DNA of 60,564 nucleotides, filler included, from Bipalium vagum (Eukaryota): NCBI GenBank assembly GCA_037834085.1. It is 3 parts of 3 records of this genome, joined end to end, with 100 filler letters (N's around TTAATTAATTAA, not from the genome) between each part and the next. Parts side by side here need not be neighbours in the genome. Positions count along the whole stretch, not along the records: positions 1 to 16,024 come from JBBMKC010131728.1; 2 more parts are not named here. One strand, written 5' to 3'. Below the pieces are notes generated by a model that saw only the letters and a list, made by a program, of their open reading frames with translations, ran no database searches and was not told the DNA's origin. Below, piece after piece: positions 1 through 14,100 of this stretch. Each line of letters starts with the position of its first letter. The first letter of the stretch is position 1. The position numbers and the translations under genes are program-made.

Positions 1-68
<68 letters not shown>
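1..68. repeat. (AAT)n microsatellite at contig start
   Basis: Perfect ATA/AAT triplet run seen directly. Confidence 0.95.
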
Positions 69-208
69 TAAAAAAGAATAAAATTTTTAAAAAAATAATT
101 AATAAATATAAATAATAATAATAAAAAATAATTATGATAATTGCTATTCTTTGAGTTGGATTTCAAATCCGAATCAACAAAATCTAAAATAAAAATATTT
201 TTACTTAC

Positions 209-344
209 CAGTTTTGCCAACCTTTTCATCTCCTAAAACGAGAACCTTAAAGATGTCAGTAAAGGAAGCCCGTTTTCTACGTAAAATTGGCTGTTCATTA
301 TTTCCAGTTGAAGGTCCATTGGAAGTGGTCATGATATAAGTCAT
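209..344 (-). CDS. First coding exon of a Ras-superfamily small GTPase (RERG/RASL11/RASL12-like); remaining exons lie outside the window
   Basis: Minus strand reads MTYIMTTSNGPSTGNNEQPILRRKRASFTDIFKVLVLGDEKVGKT, i.e. beta-1 strand plus GxxxxGKT P-loop, then a strong donor G|GTAAGT at 208. ATGs at 344 and 332, in-frame TAG at 360-362. A phase-1 intron right after GK[ST] resembles the RERG/RASL11/12 group; subfamily is inference. Confidence 0.8.
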
Positions 345-984
345 AACTGCCGTAGTTCTCTAATTTTTCAAATGATGTGTGATGCTGAAATATTTATATC
401 TTGGCTTTATTATTATTATTGTTGCTGTTTTTATTATTAATATATTAATATTAATATTATTAAATTTGTATTGGTTTTCGCTGTCCAATCGACTGCAACA
501 GAAATTCCCAATTGAATAAACTGACGTTCCTTTTCCACATGTAAATGTCAGCTGTAAATCAATAACGAAGATTGTATTGGGAACGGCATTATTGGCATCC
601 AGATTCCAGCTACAGCATCATTCTAATGAGCATTAATGTAGTGGTCAGTCCACTCTGGCTGGCATCATGTTGGAAACATGCTTTTGGTAGCCTAAAGTAC
701 AGTGAAAGGTCAGAGTTTGGCATAGTGCAGCTCCATTCCATTTTGGTAATATGATTTTCAAGGGAAATGTATCTTGGACTAATTAGCACTTTTAATTAGA
801 AAAATCACACTTTTCTATTTAGAATAATGGAATAAATGATGAGATTAAAAAAATCTCTTTTTTAATTAACATTTTAAAAATAACAGGGAACATTATTAGG
901 CATCGTGAGAAAATGAAGTAGAAAAGATTTAAAGCAAATTTAATTAATTATTAATATAAGCAGTAAAATAATTATTTATTTTTA

Positions 985-1390
985 CGATATTATGCGACCA
1001 AATAGAACGAAGTGGTTCTTCTGCACGACAATACCAGACCCCACGTTTGCATTAAGAACCCGGGAGACATTGTTGGAATTAAAATAAGAAATTATACTAC
1101 ACCCGGCTTATTCTCCAAATGTCGTCACGTCAGATTTTTATCTATGTAGTTCCATGCCTTTCGGATACACGATTCGGGAATATTGAAGAGGTACGAAAAT
1201 TCATCGACAGCTTCATTCAATCCTAGAATAAAGACTTTTTTCATCGAGGTATCCATCTTTTACCTGAAAGATAAGAAAAAGTTGTGAATAATGACGGAAA
1301 ATATTTTGATTGGATGTAGTGTGATATTTGTAATAATATTAATAAAAATTATTCGTCTTAAAACTATGTGAACTTAGGCATACCTCTAAT
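985..1390 (+). mobile_element. Mariner (DD34D) transposase relic, 3' part
   Basis: Degenerate VVLLHDNTRPHV, HPAYSPNVVTSDFYL and GIHLLPER*EKVVNNDGKYFD motifs with stops and frameshifts. Confidence 0.85.
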
Positions 1391-1758
1391 ATTAAAAATA
1401 TATAATATTATAAAGTACCGTATTGGATTAAATTTTAATAACAAATTGTCATCGTCGAGAAGAATATTTTCGGGATGCTCAGGGTAGCGAACATGATTAA
1501 TTATTAATGAATAAATGTAGACATGTCATTAGTACACATTGAAGTACCAAGTGAAAAAATCTGTAATTCTCGAATGTTTGAATTGAGGTTCCTAATAGAG
1601 CAGTAGGATTGGTGAGGTAGACCGGAGTATGATCATTAAAATCATTAATCGCAAAGTGCCAAGAGTTCTTAAAGATATTAGTGAACTATTATTGAGAAGT
1701 TAATATTAATTGAGTATTACATAGAGTCTATGGAAAAAAATTTTATAAGTTTAAAATA

Positions 1759-3039
1759 CACAGTATTTATTATGTATGTTAACATACTTTCATTTTAAAT
1801 ATTTTAACAAACAATAAAGATATAAAGTAGGTAATACTTTTTATTTGAATAACATATATTTAAAAACAAATACAATATGTAATTATATAATTTGACGCCC
1901 GTTGATAGCTAGCCAATGACTTAATCGAGACATTACATTTAGACAGTCGCTGGCACATTCCAGTATATACGTCATTACAAACATGACTAATTTTATCCTT
2001 GAGCTTAGCAAAGGTATGAGGTCTGTCTCTGTACACATTTTGTTTTAGATATCCCCACAAGAAGAAGTCTGGCGGAGTTAGATCGGCCGAACGAGAAGGC
2101 CACTCAATTGGACACCGTCTTCCAATCCAGTGATTTGGGAAATTTTTATATAGCCAGTTCCTGACTTTTTGCGAATAGTGCGCAGGTGCGTCATCGTTTT
2201 GTAAGTACTTACGATCTCTTGTTATTATAGGTCATAAAAACTTTTCCTGCATCTCCATGTATGACTCACCAGTTACCGTTTCTTCGAAGAAGTATGGCCC
2301 CATGATACCTTGTAAACTTAAACCACACCACACCGTTATCTCGACCCTGGAGTTTCTAACAGGAATTGTTATTTTAGAGTTAGAGTAGGCCCAAAAGCAG
2401 AAATTGTTGCGATTAACAACTCCATTGAGCATGAACTTACTCTCGTCTGACCATATTATCTTGTTGACCAAGGACGAGTCATTTTGGAATTGTACCAACA
2501 TTGTCTGACAAAATTTCATTCTTCGGTCAAAGTCGTCATCGCTGATTTCAATTACGATTGACGGCTTAAATGAATGAAAACGTGCTTCATTTATTGCCTT
2601 GTATGAACTGCTTACAGTCATGTCAAGTTCCCTAGCACCCTGCCGAACTGAAAAATTGCTAGATTCTTCAACCAATTTTTTCACTCTTTGAATTGTTTTC
2701 GTTGTTTATACGGAACGAGGTCGGCCGGATTTTACTTGGTCATGAACACTTCCATTCTTCTCAAACTTTTCCACTATTTTTTTAATTGTTTGCCTACTTG
2801 ATGGTGGAGTGATAAACTTCTTTTCCAATGCCTAATTACTTCTTCAAAATTATCAAATTTGGAGTTTCATAGAACAAATTGAATTCTTTCTTCCATCGAA
2901 AAACGCAAAGCCATTTTATTTTAAAATTAACTAAATGGATTATTAAACTTTTAATGCATATAAACAAATTAGTAATACCTGTATATTTTAACTTGTAATT
3001 TAAAAATAAAGTATGTTAACATACTTAATAAACACCCTG
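1759..3039 (-). mobile_element. Near full-length decayed Tc1/mariner-superfamily element (DUF4817-HTH + DDE type) with TIRs
   Basis: Imperfect ~32-bp TIRs (cacagtatttattatgtatgttaacatacttt / aaagtatgttaacatacttaataaacaccctg). ATG at 2914. Fragments KSGRPRSV, IIWSDESKF, VWCGLS..GIMGPYFF, EWPSRSADLTPPDFFLWGYLK, with stops and frameshifts. Confidence 0.9.
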
Positions 3040-4709
3040 CTTTCTCCTTTTCTACTAGCCTAAGCAAATGAATGTTTATTTTAATTGTTGAAGTCTTTGA
3101 GACATTTAAATTTAAACGAGATCTACCAGGCACATTTCAAGATTAAAATGGCCGAGATATGTTATTATTATTTGTTTATGTTTTCTTTGGGAATCCATAA
3201 GTAAATATTACTAATCAAGATATGCAAAACTAATTGTTTAACTTTTTGGTGCTATGTCCTACAATGCGCTACATACGCTACAATGTAAAAATTACATAAT
3301 TGTATATAACTAATAATATTAAATAGTTGAAGGATAATAATCAAATTATTTATTTTGTCGACTTTATTTCTCATAAAACATTGGCATACCATTTTCAAAC
3401 TTGTAGTTATGCATGGAAACGTATATGGATAATGTTACCATTCTGATTGTAGGTAATTAGTGAGGAACCAACAATCTATGCAAATCCCTGTGAAACAGAA
3501 TCCCATTTTAAGGCCCATATTTTGTCACAGTTCCAAATGACAGCGATAAATTTGTCCACTTTGACATTTATTTTTTTTATATGTGCTGCCCACAATCCAT
3601 GGTTGCGTCTCGAGTCATTTTTTCAGTCGATTGCCAAGTCAATTTCCCAAAATCAATACCGGTGTTATCATTTCCTGGTATATTTTATATTATATTATTG
3701 TATCTATGGTCAATCATGCATTTTTTGATAAAATATTTCTTACTTTGTTTAGATAAAAATAACTAAAGTGCAGAGAATAGGAATTTTAATTTTAGAATAT
3801 TTTATTTATTAGAATAGTTAATTATATATTTGAAATATTTTTATAATTATGTTTTTATTTTTTTTATATATTTTTATAATAATATATTTCTAATTTATTA
3901 AATCAAAAATATCAAATTGATTTATGTATACTTTTTAATAAAAAATTATAGTTAATTATTAAATTAATTATAGTCCAATATTTATTAATATAATATAATT
4001 TATTTAATTTTAATTAAGTAAATGTTACAAATTGTTTTAAAAACTGTGTCTTCTTTGTAACTAAGTAAATTTATATTAAATAAAATATCGGTCAGGAAAA
4101 TTAGGATTTCATTCCAAAATATGATTTAAAGTATTTTTAATATTTTAATATTCCGATTTATTTGAAACAGCATATTAAAACAAATATTTTTTCTTACTTA
4201 GAGCTTACTTTTTAACTGACCGTCTTTTACAGAAATCGTTTGTGGGAAAATTGTTTTATTGCAGTCTTAATATTTATCACATTTTAATGACTTATAACTA
4301 AATATAGAAAATAAATAAAATTATAAATAGTTAATAATTTTAATTTATTTACTTTAGAATTCTAGTTTCATACTTGTACTTTACTTTCAAGTTTTCTCGT
4401 GTTGCTTCCAGTTTTAATTTAAATATTTTAAAAAATAGTATTTATATTTTTCTTTTCTCGTGGTAATTTTAATTAAATTAATAATTTATTTATATAAAAT
4501 AAACAAATATTTTAATAGGTTTGAGAAGTTTAATTAGGCAACAGGATAGATTTTTAGTTTAGAGTTCTTGACTGAGGTTTAATAGGCTTGGTAAAAAATT
4601 TAATAAGGCTGGTTGATAACAAAATTATTTATGAATAATGTTTTATATTAGGTGACCTTGAAAGTTTGTCATTTTTAAAGTAAAAAACAAACTTTTTTAT
4701 AAAAAATAA

Positions 4710-5150
4710 ATGCTGTTATGTGAAAACCTTTCGCATTTACCTGGTAAATTTATAATGTCATCACTGTAGAATTTCTGGGATTACTGATTAAAAACTGTAC
4801 AATGTACTGTTTATAATCTTTTATTGAAATCATTGAAACTCTGTTAAGAAAATTCTACAGACACAGAAATAAATGATAGGCAAACGGTGCTAGATCCGGA
4901 CTCTACGCTTAACACATCAAATCTTCCCAATCATTGTCATTCGATTTTTGGAGAGTTATTAAATGTGTTAAGTCAGGCGTTTTCGTGATGGAAAACAAAG
5001 CTGTTGAATAATTTTGGCTGGCTCTTTTATGGTAAGTTTTAATCTTTCAATTTGATTGCAATTGAAGAGTCAAATTTATTGAATAAGCATCTCATAATGT
5101 ATTAGATTTAACTAACATTTTAGTTTATTTATGAAAAATGATTTTCAAAC
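4710..5150 (-). mobile_element. Mariner transposase relic (C-terminal part)
   Basis: Minus strand SPDLAPFAYHLFLCL*NFL resembles the mariner YSPDLAPSDYHLF motif. Boundaries approximate. Confidence 0.7.
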
Positions 5151-5619
5151 TTATATATTGCACAGTAATTCAAATTAAAACTGTCTATGATGAAAACAAG
5201 GGAATTTTTTAGGTCATTTAATAATTTTAATGATAGTTTATTGCTAGTTAGTTTAACTCATTATTTATATTTAACTCATTGACTAACAGACCAAAGACTG
5301 TCGTGGTTGAATTTAATCATATGTGAATTCAATAGATGACAGTATATAACTATTGTTGATAGAAGGCCAAAATATTTTTTCCTGAAATATTTTCCTGGTG
5401 TTTTTAAAAATTAATTTATAACATGAAAATAGTTTTGTTGAATACTTTTTAATATTGTTGATATATGGACCTTTAAAATCCGCAGCTTTTATATAACTAA
5501 TGCATTTGTTTAAATTATTTTTTTATTCGTTTCAACTATTTAACTAAAGTGAAAAGGCAAATAATGAAATTATATATAGCAATACGGATATCTTCTAATT
5601 TTCTTTATTTATTTAAAAT

Positions 5620-6450
5620 TGATGCTAGCAAAAACATTAGAAGTCCAGATTTATGAGATTTTATGCGTAGAAAAACATATTCATTGAAACTTGATGCTCA
5701 ATGGAGCTACCAGGAAATTGTGGTTTATTTAAATATATCTAGAAATGCAGTTGCTAAATGTTATCAATGACTTCAAAATATTATGCCCCAGAGTGAAATG
5801 AACTTCATATCGTACGAAATTGTGAAGCTAATTGATTTTGAAGTGTTATCGAAATACAAAAGAAAACTATCTTTAATATTTTTCACAATCTGTGAGTAGA
5901 ATACTTTGTAAAAATGAAATATGCACATAAAAACGTGCACGAAAACTGAAACTGACTCAGAGATTGAAAAATCAAATAAGTGATTAGACAACCAATCATC
6001 CCACTGGATTTTAGATGAGTGCTCTTTCATTGCATTCATTGATGACAGTAACTTTTTATTAAACACCTATGCTGTTTAGTATGTACGCCGACCTATAGGA
6101 GAAAGGTATAATAAAAAATGTTTACTTGCTCATGTGAATTGAAACAGAGGCAAAGTTATGACTTTGTGTGTTTTCTCTTTAAATGACTATACACCATTGC
6201 ATCGGATTAATAGTTGAACAAAGAATTCAAAAAAATACCAATAACTTCTTAAAACTGATTTACTACCACTTATACACAAATTCATACTAATTTGAGGTCA
6301 ATTTCAATTGGAAAATACTCCTTTATATGCCTTCAGATCAACAGAAAAATCTGGAGATCTATGATGTCAATGTTTTTCCAGACATACGTTTGGAGGTAAT
6401 GTGGAATGACTTAATGAGTAGCACATAATATAGCCTTATTTAAATCTATG
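5620..6450 (+). mobile_element. Tc1-like transposase relic
   Basis: Degenerate YVRRPIGERYNKKCL followed by a VM..FS-like segment typical of Tc1 transposases; heavily disrupted. Confidence 0.6.
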
Positions 6451-7349
6451 ATTGACTGTGTTAAGACCTTGTATATATTATTCTGATATAATTAACATGT
6501 GTCTTTTCCTCACACATTATTAAACCACTTCACCCTTATTGATTTTACTTATTTACTTTTAATAATTTACTTATATTATTTTGGTACTCAAAGCCCATTA
6601 TCTTCTTTTATGCCACTTATCCTTATTGAATTTGTGTAGGTTGTTTTTATGCCTAAAGAAACTGAAAATAATTGAAATTACTATAAAATCACTAATAAAA
6701 TTTTTAATGATAAAACCACAAATAAAATGTTTGATAAAACCACAAATAAAAGTTAATGTTTGATTACAATTCTCCTCACTACCCGAACTAATAACATTTT
6801 TGATGATAACTACAATCTTTTCTACTACTTGTTCTATCTTCTTTTCCTTTTAATTGATGACTCCTACAACAATAAAGATTGGATTTAAAAACTACCAGAT
6901 TTTGTATGACTGGTAATTGATCCGAAGATGGAGAAATTGTTTAATGATGTAAAAGTTTAACATTCCATATATTGTTATATATTTATAACAAAAGATTTTA
7001 TATTTTAAGTTGGAAATATAAAATTAATTAATTTAAAATTACTTTCTGTGAATATATATTTAAGAATAAAAAAGCTACTAAATCAACTTGGAAGCCAATT
7101 TGTGGAAATATTTTACAAAAATTTATTGCCCAGAAATAATTAGTGTTAATAAAAAGTTAATGTTTGTCTTTTAATAATTTAAAAATGAATCCTTTTTTTT
7201 TAGAAAAATCTTCTATTATCTCTAAAAGACAAAAAAATATTTGAAGATTTAATTTTTGTTTAAAAAATAATCGTATCTCTATTTTTTAATATTTTAAAAT
7301 TGTAAAAAAATTCAAAATTAGTATTTTTTGAAATATTATATGAAATATG

Positions 7350-7890
7350 AATATAGATAAAATACATTAATGTTATATGTATTTCATAAAGGCATAAGTG
7401 TTGTAATTACTTTTAAAACGTTCATGGCGTTTATTTGAATGACGCTCCTTCTCTAAGCACTATTAAGAAATGGTTTCGACGATTTTGGCTTTGAAAATCA
7501 ATCTTGTTGTGAACGACCTTCAGCAAGTAAAGACGATATGTTTGGTACCATGTTAGAAAAAATTCAGGGATTTCAACACTATTTTATTACTAGTCTTAGT
7601 GTAAATATTTCGACCGCATTTCGTCATTTAAAGAGTCGGGAATACGTTTCTAAACTGAATTCATGGGTGCCGCAAACAATGAAAAAAACTGCAGCGTATA
7701 CATGTCACCATATTCCTCCTTGCAAGAAATAAAAAGAACCTGAAAGAAAGCAAATAAAAGCTCAGAACAGGTTTCAAAAGCTGATCAAACTGAATATTAA
7801 TTCTCTTTCATAATATCAGGTAATTTTCATGAATGACAGCTTTCGAACTCACGAAAAATTATCTTTATGTGGTTATGAAGAACCATAGAG
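7350..7890 (+). mobile_element. Mariner transposase relic (N-terminal half)
   Basis: DAPSLSTIKKWFRRF and SKLNSWVPQ (WVPHEL-like) motifs. Confidence 0.7.
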
Positions 7891-8161
7891 ATATCTAAAT
7901 GTTTCATTTTGTATAAATAAATATATTGTTCTGCTTTATATTTTGAATATTTTAGAATGAGTTTTTTATCACGCTATATTTATGAAATCAAAAATGTAAT
8001 ACAAAAAACCTATTAAATTGAATATTACTTTTCAAAATGTTTTCTTGTAAAAATATTTTTGTTGTTCAAAACTTTCTTTTAAAAATTAAAGTTAATATAT
8101 ATTTTTCCATTGTGATAAATCACGAAAAAAATTTAAAATAAAAAAGATTAACAAGAAACTG

Positions 8162-11100
8162 TCATTTGTGATTTTGTAAAATATGACAATTTGTCTTGTA
8201 TAAGTGAAGGAATTCGTTGTTGGAAGTGGTACGATTATGAGTTGAGCTTGTTGACATTTCATTTGACTTTAAGGAATTCAATGACAAATTATTATTGTTA
8301 GCACAAAATGGTTTCGCTGAGAGACTATTGCTATTTTGGTGGTTTGACATATCTACAGGGTTCGGGAATCCGTTAGATTTATTCGTGTCATCGAAATCAA
8401 ATTTTACGATGTTATTTTCTAATACAAAATTGGCCTTTGTCAACTTATTGATAAGAAAGCTCAGCTGTTTATAGTTTGAGATCTGAAATGGAAAAGATTT
8501 TGGTTTAAGCAACTTTTATTTTGACTTATCGAATTTTAATTTGAGATATAAAAGCGACAATACTTTTCCGTCAACATAATAATATCAAATAATTAGAATT
8601 TTAATCTTCATAATGAAACTGTTTTCTAGCAAAGTTTGTAGATCTTTGTTTATGCAAAGTAATTAATTAAAATGGAATGGAAAATAAAAATGTGAATCAT
8701 AATTAATTCAAAAATTTGTTGGATAGTACGAAAAAAGATATAAAGTCAGTTATGATATGCTATATTTTTAAATTATCAGTATTCTAACAATAGTAAAATC
8801 ATTGACAGTATCATCAACTGCTACAATTAACTACAGAATAGGTTACATTTTTATTGAAGAAGAAATGAAGTGTCAAGATATGACTAGAACTAAGTTTTGA
8901 AGTTTGAAATTAATGTATTAATTTATCTTAAATTTAAACAATTTTAAAAACTAAATTTTTTAAAAAATACATTATTTATTTCATTAATTAAATTTCTTAA
9001 TAAAATTTTTAAAAAATATAAATAGGTATTATTCCCAAGTTTGAGTTATGAATTTCAGTAATATTAACAGTCCTGATAATTTGATAGTAACTAACAGAGA
9101 AAATTAAACTGTAAAATTAATAGATATAAAAAATTGGCAGTTGATGTTACTAGACTTTAGGATCGGAGTTAAATTTATGATTTTATTTAACCAAACCTCG
9201 AAACAATATAAAACAAGTAAATTTTAATAGGTTTATTGAGATAATAATTTATATAAGAATTTCAAATCCTAAAAATTACTTGTCTAAATATAACGGGTTA
9301 TTTAATTAACTCAGTAAAATAGAAATGATATTAATAATTATTGCTATAAATAATAATTATGGAAGATTTCTGCTAATATTTAATTTACTTGATTTTCTTT
9401 GAAGATTAATAAATTTTGACACTCCTCAAGCTTCTTAGAATAAATTTCCATGGAGCTTTCCAGAGTTGATTTCTCATCTGAAATCTTCAATAATTTTTCT
9501 TGAAGTTTTGTAGAAATTGATAAGCATTCTAAGAATGTTTATATTCTGTTTTTAACGTTTTTTGTGTTACCTTCTTTTTGATTTTCACTCATTCTGTTCG
9601 AATCGATTAGAGCTTGGTTAATTGTCTCCAATCTTAAAATAATCAACAGCAAAAGATATTTAATTTAATTTTTTCGTTATAATCTTAATAAATAATTTCA
9701 TTGTTCTGAGACTGCAGATACTCTGTCTTATATCAAAATACAAAAACATAATATTACTCTGCAATTTTGTTTGACTGCGCACTGATTATATCATTGAGAG
9801 CACTCAATTTCGATTCTATCTCTACTTGCAGAGTTCTGAGCTGCTTGCTTTCTTTTTCAGCATCGATCAATTTCGTTCGATATTGATTCAATAAAGTTTC
9901 ATTTTGGTGAATGGCTGCAGTTTTGTTGGAAATTATTTCCTCCATCAATGCTTCCTGATTCTACACAAAAGAATCATTTTTTCTGTACATCTATGGACTG
10001 ACTTGCATAGACTGGATTCTATGTTCGAGAAGAACAAATATCTCCGTTTTCGAAAAGGGAAACTGGAAAAAGGATTTTTAAATAAATCAAAAATTACGGG
10101 AAATTGTGAAAGACATTGATTATTTCAAAAGAAGCTGAGATAAGGTGAAGATAAGAAAGAAAATAATGACCAGGTATTTATTTTCGTAAAATCAATTTTC
10201 TAATGATGAAGGATGGTAAAATATAAGAATAACAAATATTTTTTAAAATTTATCATTACTTAGTTGACCTAGTCAACCTAGTTATATTTTTTAATCTTGG
10301 TCAAATTAGATCATAATTAGTATTACAGAAATAAAAAAGATAACTGTAGTTCTCACAATGTTAAAGCCAGACTTGAAAATATCTAGATAATGTTCTTACC
10401 ACCGAACACAACGGCCAAACTGTAACCACTTGATCAAGGTATTATTTGAAATATTTAAGCATTTTACCGCAACCGACTCGTAAAGCGAACTTTATTATAA
10501 AATATATATTACAGTAGAACCTTGCTATAACGATTTTCAAGGGATCAGCCGAAATCCTCGTTATATCGATGTTGTCGTTATAACCGAACTACATAAAAAT
10601 ATGAATTATTTGCTTCATAGTTTATAAAATTTGTGCATAGCATTTAAATTATGTAACAACAAACAAATAAAGATTTATTCAAAATAATCAGTAATAGTTT
10701 TTTTAATCAGTTGATCAGATCTATTTTTTAACAGATACTCCAACACATTATCAATGCCATGTAAAGCTTGGGAAGGAACATTGGGTCGAGTTAGCAAAAA
10801 TTGTTGAAGCTTATCAGCCATTTCAACAGTCACGCATTATGATACTATTATTTTGTTAGATTCTGAAGGCATATTATTATCACTTTCACTATTTTTCATT
10901 CATGCCTTTCGATGAGTTATTTACTTGATTAAGAATCTCTTGGTCATCCAGTTGTACACAGGTTTCCACGTACATGTCAACATCAACAAAATCATTAAAA
11001 TTAATGTCATCATGATGCACCGAATTCCAGAAGATAGAATTTACTAAAATTTCGTCAGTGTTAGACTATAAATTATCTAAAATTCCATTTGATTGTTTAA

Positions 11101-14100
11101 AACCACACCGTGACCAGCAATTTGATATAGTCGATTGAAACAAAGCTGCAGAACACATTGTTACAGTGTCCAATAAAGTTGGCTTGCAATTTTTCCTGTC
11201 GTCGATGTTATTAATAATTCGCTTTATGAGTCGGTTGCGGTAAAATACTTAAATATTTCGAATAATACCTTGATCAAGTGGTTACAGTTTGGCCGTTGTG
11301 TTCGGTGGTAATAACATTATCTAGATATTTTCAAGTCTGGCTTTAACATTGTGAGAACTACAGTTATCAAAGAGCATGAGAATTTTTCGATTTTCCTTTT
11401 GCTTTATTTTGTCACAGGAAGTTAGCCATTCATTAAATTATTCGGGTGTCATTCAGGCTCGTTTATTTGCCTTATAATCCACTGGAAATGTTTTAACATA
11501 CTTAAAACATTTTGGGTGTACCGATTTACCAATAATAAAAGGTTTCATCTCATATGTTCCTGCCATATTCGTACATAAAAGTACTGTAATACGCTCTTTA
11601 CACAATTTCACCCCATGCCACGATTCACCTTTAAAAAACATTGTTCGATGAGGCAATAAACGATAAAATAAATCAGTCTCATCTGCATTAAATATATTGT
11701 CGGGTTCATATTCTTGAAAAATGATGGCAAAGTTATTGAAAGCCAAGAATCAACTGTTTCTAAATTTACAGCCTCTTCTTCTCCAATAATAAGTTTCTGA
11801 GCAATACCATGTCGCCCTTTAAATCTCATTATCCAATCATTACTAGCACAAAAGTTAGTATATTTTAAACTAGTAGCAAATACAGCGTTTTATCTTTTAA
11901 CATTGGTCCAGAAACTGGAATATTTTTTGATCGTACATCTTTAAACTATTTAAGAAGTGCTTGTTCAACGTTTTCATATTCCGCGAATCTAAATCTTTTT
12001 CTGCCAGTTTGGATGTTTCCTAGCTCATATTCTCGTTGGACTATTTCTTTTTTTTTTAAAAAGTACTGATGGTGCTGCTAGCTATACTGAATTCTTTTGC
12101 AACATCAACGATCCTCCTGTCCTTTCGACCAGAATTTATAATTTTCAATTTGAAATCAATTGAATACACAGATCTTTTTTGATTCATATTTAATCTAAAA
12201 TTCTAAATTTCAAATAAAAAACAATACACATAAAATTAAATTAAAAAGATACAAAATTAAATTAAATATACTACATCAAATTTAAACACATTTCAAAAAA
12301 TTTATAACGACTTTAGTCGTCTATTTCGTCGTTATAAGGATGAATTCGTTATAACGATAATCGCTACTTCCTCACCCGAAAAATCAGTGTAAAATTTAAC
12401 GGTATTATTTCCACAGTCGTTATATCGTTATAACCTTAGTTGTCATATCAAGGTTCCACTGTAATATGAGCTTATATTAGCTGTTTATCGAAAAGAGTAT
12501 CAAAGCTTTAAAAGGAATTTTTTATTACAATAATATGTAATTTAATTTGCGAAAATGCTTATGGTAATAATAATAACAGCAATAATAATGGTAATAATGA
12601 TAAAAAGTTTAATCAAAATTTTTAAATTTATTGATTTCAACTAAATTTCTAACGTTAAATAGGTAATCAAACGAAGAAACCTTACTCAGAAATCAAAGGT
12701 GATGAAACAACATTTCAAAAAAATATATATTTCTCGAAACATTTTAATTCAAGTTTGTTTCCCATTTACCTCAGGATTACTGATCCACTTTGAAATAATC
12801 TTCTTGACCACTGCGTCCAGGTTCAAATTTTCTATTTCATCGAATCCTTACCAAACACTAATTTAAGGAGATTTTTTATTTCATATTATTACCATTTTCC
12901 ATTCTTGGAACATCCCCGTCAATTTCAACGAGTTCCGATACATATTGCTTTTTCATTGTTATTTGACATTGAGAAAATTGTGATTTTTTTTCGTACCTTT
13001 GGTTTACATGGGGAGTTTGGCATGCTTCACTGTGGTTCAAAGTCTTAGTGTCCACATGATTAGTATTCACCTGTATACCATTATCCAGCGTCATATTTTG
13101 ACATTTGATCGACAAAGGAGAAAACTGACCGTTTTCTGACAAACTGATAGATTTTTCTTCATCTGAAATCCCTTTCAGTTTCTTTTCATTACAGTTTAGT
13201 AAGGCAATCGCTGAGGAAAATTTGTACATTTTTTCACCCAACCTACAAAGAAGAACTTGGTTACGTATATTAATTATTTTATTTTATATTTTCAAAAATA
13301 TTACCTGTAGCAATTAATAATATTTTATCACAAATATTATATATGATCGACACTAAAAATGAAATATTTGATTTATTATTAAATAATTAAAAGCATCATA
13401 TTTCAAATTTTTGAAAGTGTTGTCATGAATATTTTTACGCTTAACAATATCAAAATTCAATCCAGGTCAATAGTCTAAGCAGAATAATAAGGGAAATCCC
13501 ATTGGAAAAAACGAAATTCTGTATATATTGGCAACAAAGACCTTCAAAGAAATCTGAAACCATTAATCCTCATAGACAACCTGAATCAATACTTTGTTGT
13601 TAATTGATCAAAATAGTCCAAAAGACACATAACGGGAACTTTGTACAGTGAGTGCATTTTAAAAAATGAAGTCAAAATATTTTTAAAAATCTTTGATTAA
13701 TAATAATTGTTTTTATCCTCCGTAATTAGAATTCAGTTATTGGAACTTCATTTTTCTTTTCCGATCGCTGACAAACGTAACAAATCAAAAATTACGAAGT
13801 ATAAAAATGAATATCTGGATACTTCGACTTAAAATAAGTTCTATTAGAACGGCATTCATAAATTAATTGAATCACTGGAAAAATTGTAACAGCGATTAAC
13901 ATTTCATTGAATAGTAGTTGCCTATGTTTCTTTTGAAATTAATGTTTTATTATAAAAATAACATTATTAACTTGGTGCTCTAAATATTTATAATTAATAA
14001 GCCAAATGATCCTAAAGTTTTGGTATAATGATCGAGAATTCAAAAAATATAAATTCTAAGGTTTGATATTTGACAAACTTCAGTCAGATTTCAATGATTT

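Noticed and set aside
3380-3770. Overlapping short ORFs upstream of the GTPase gene
   Set aside because: No recognisable motifs or splice chain; possibly non-coding regulatory sequence.
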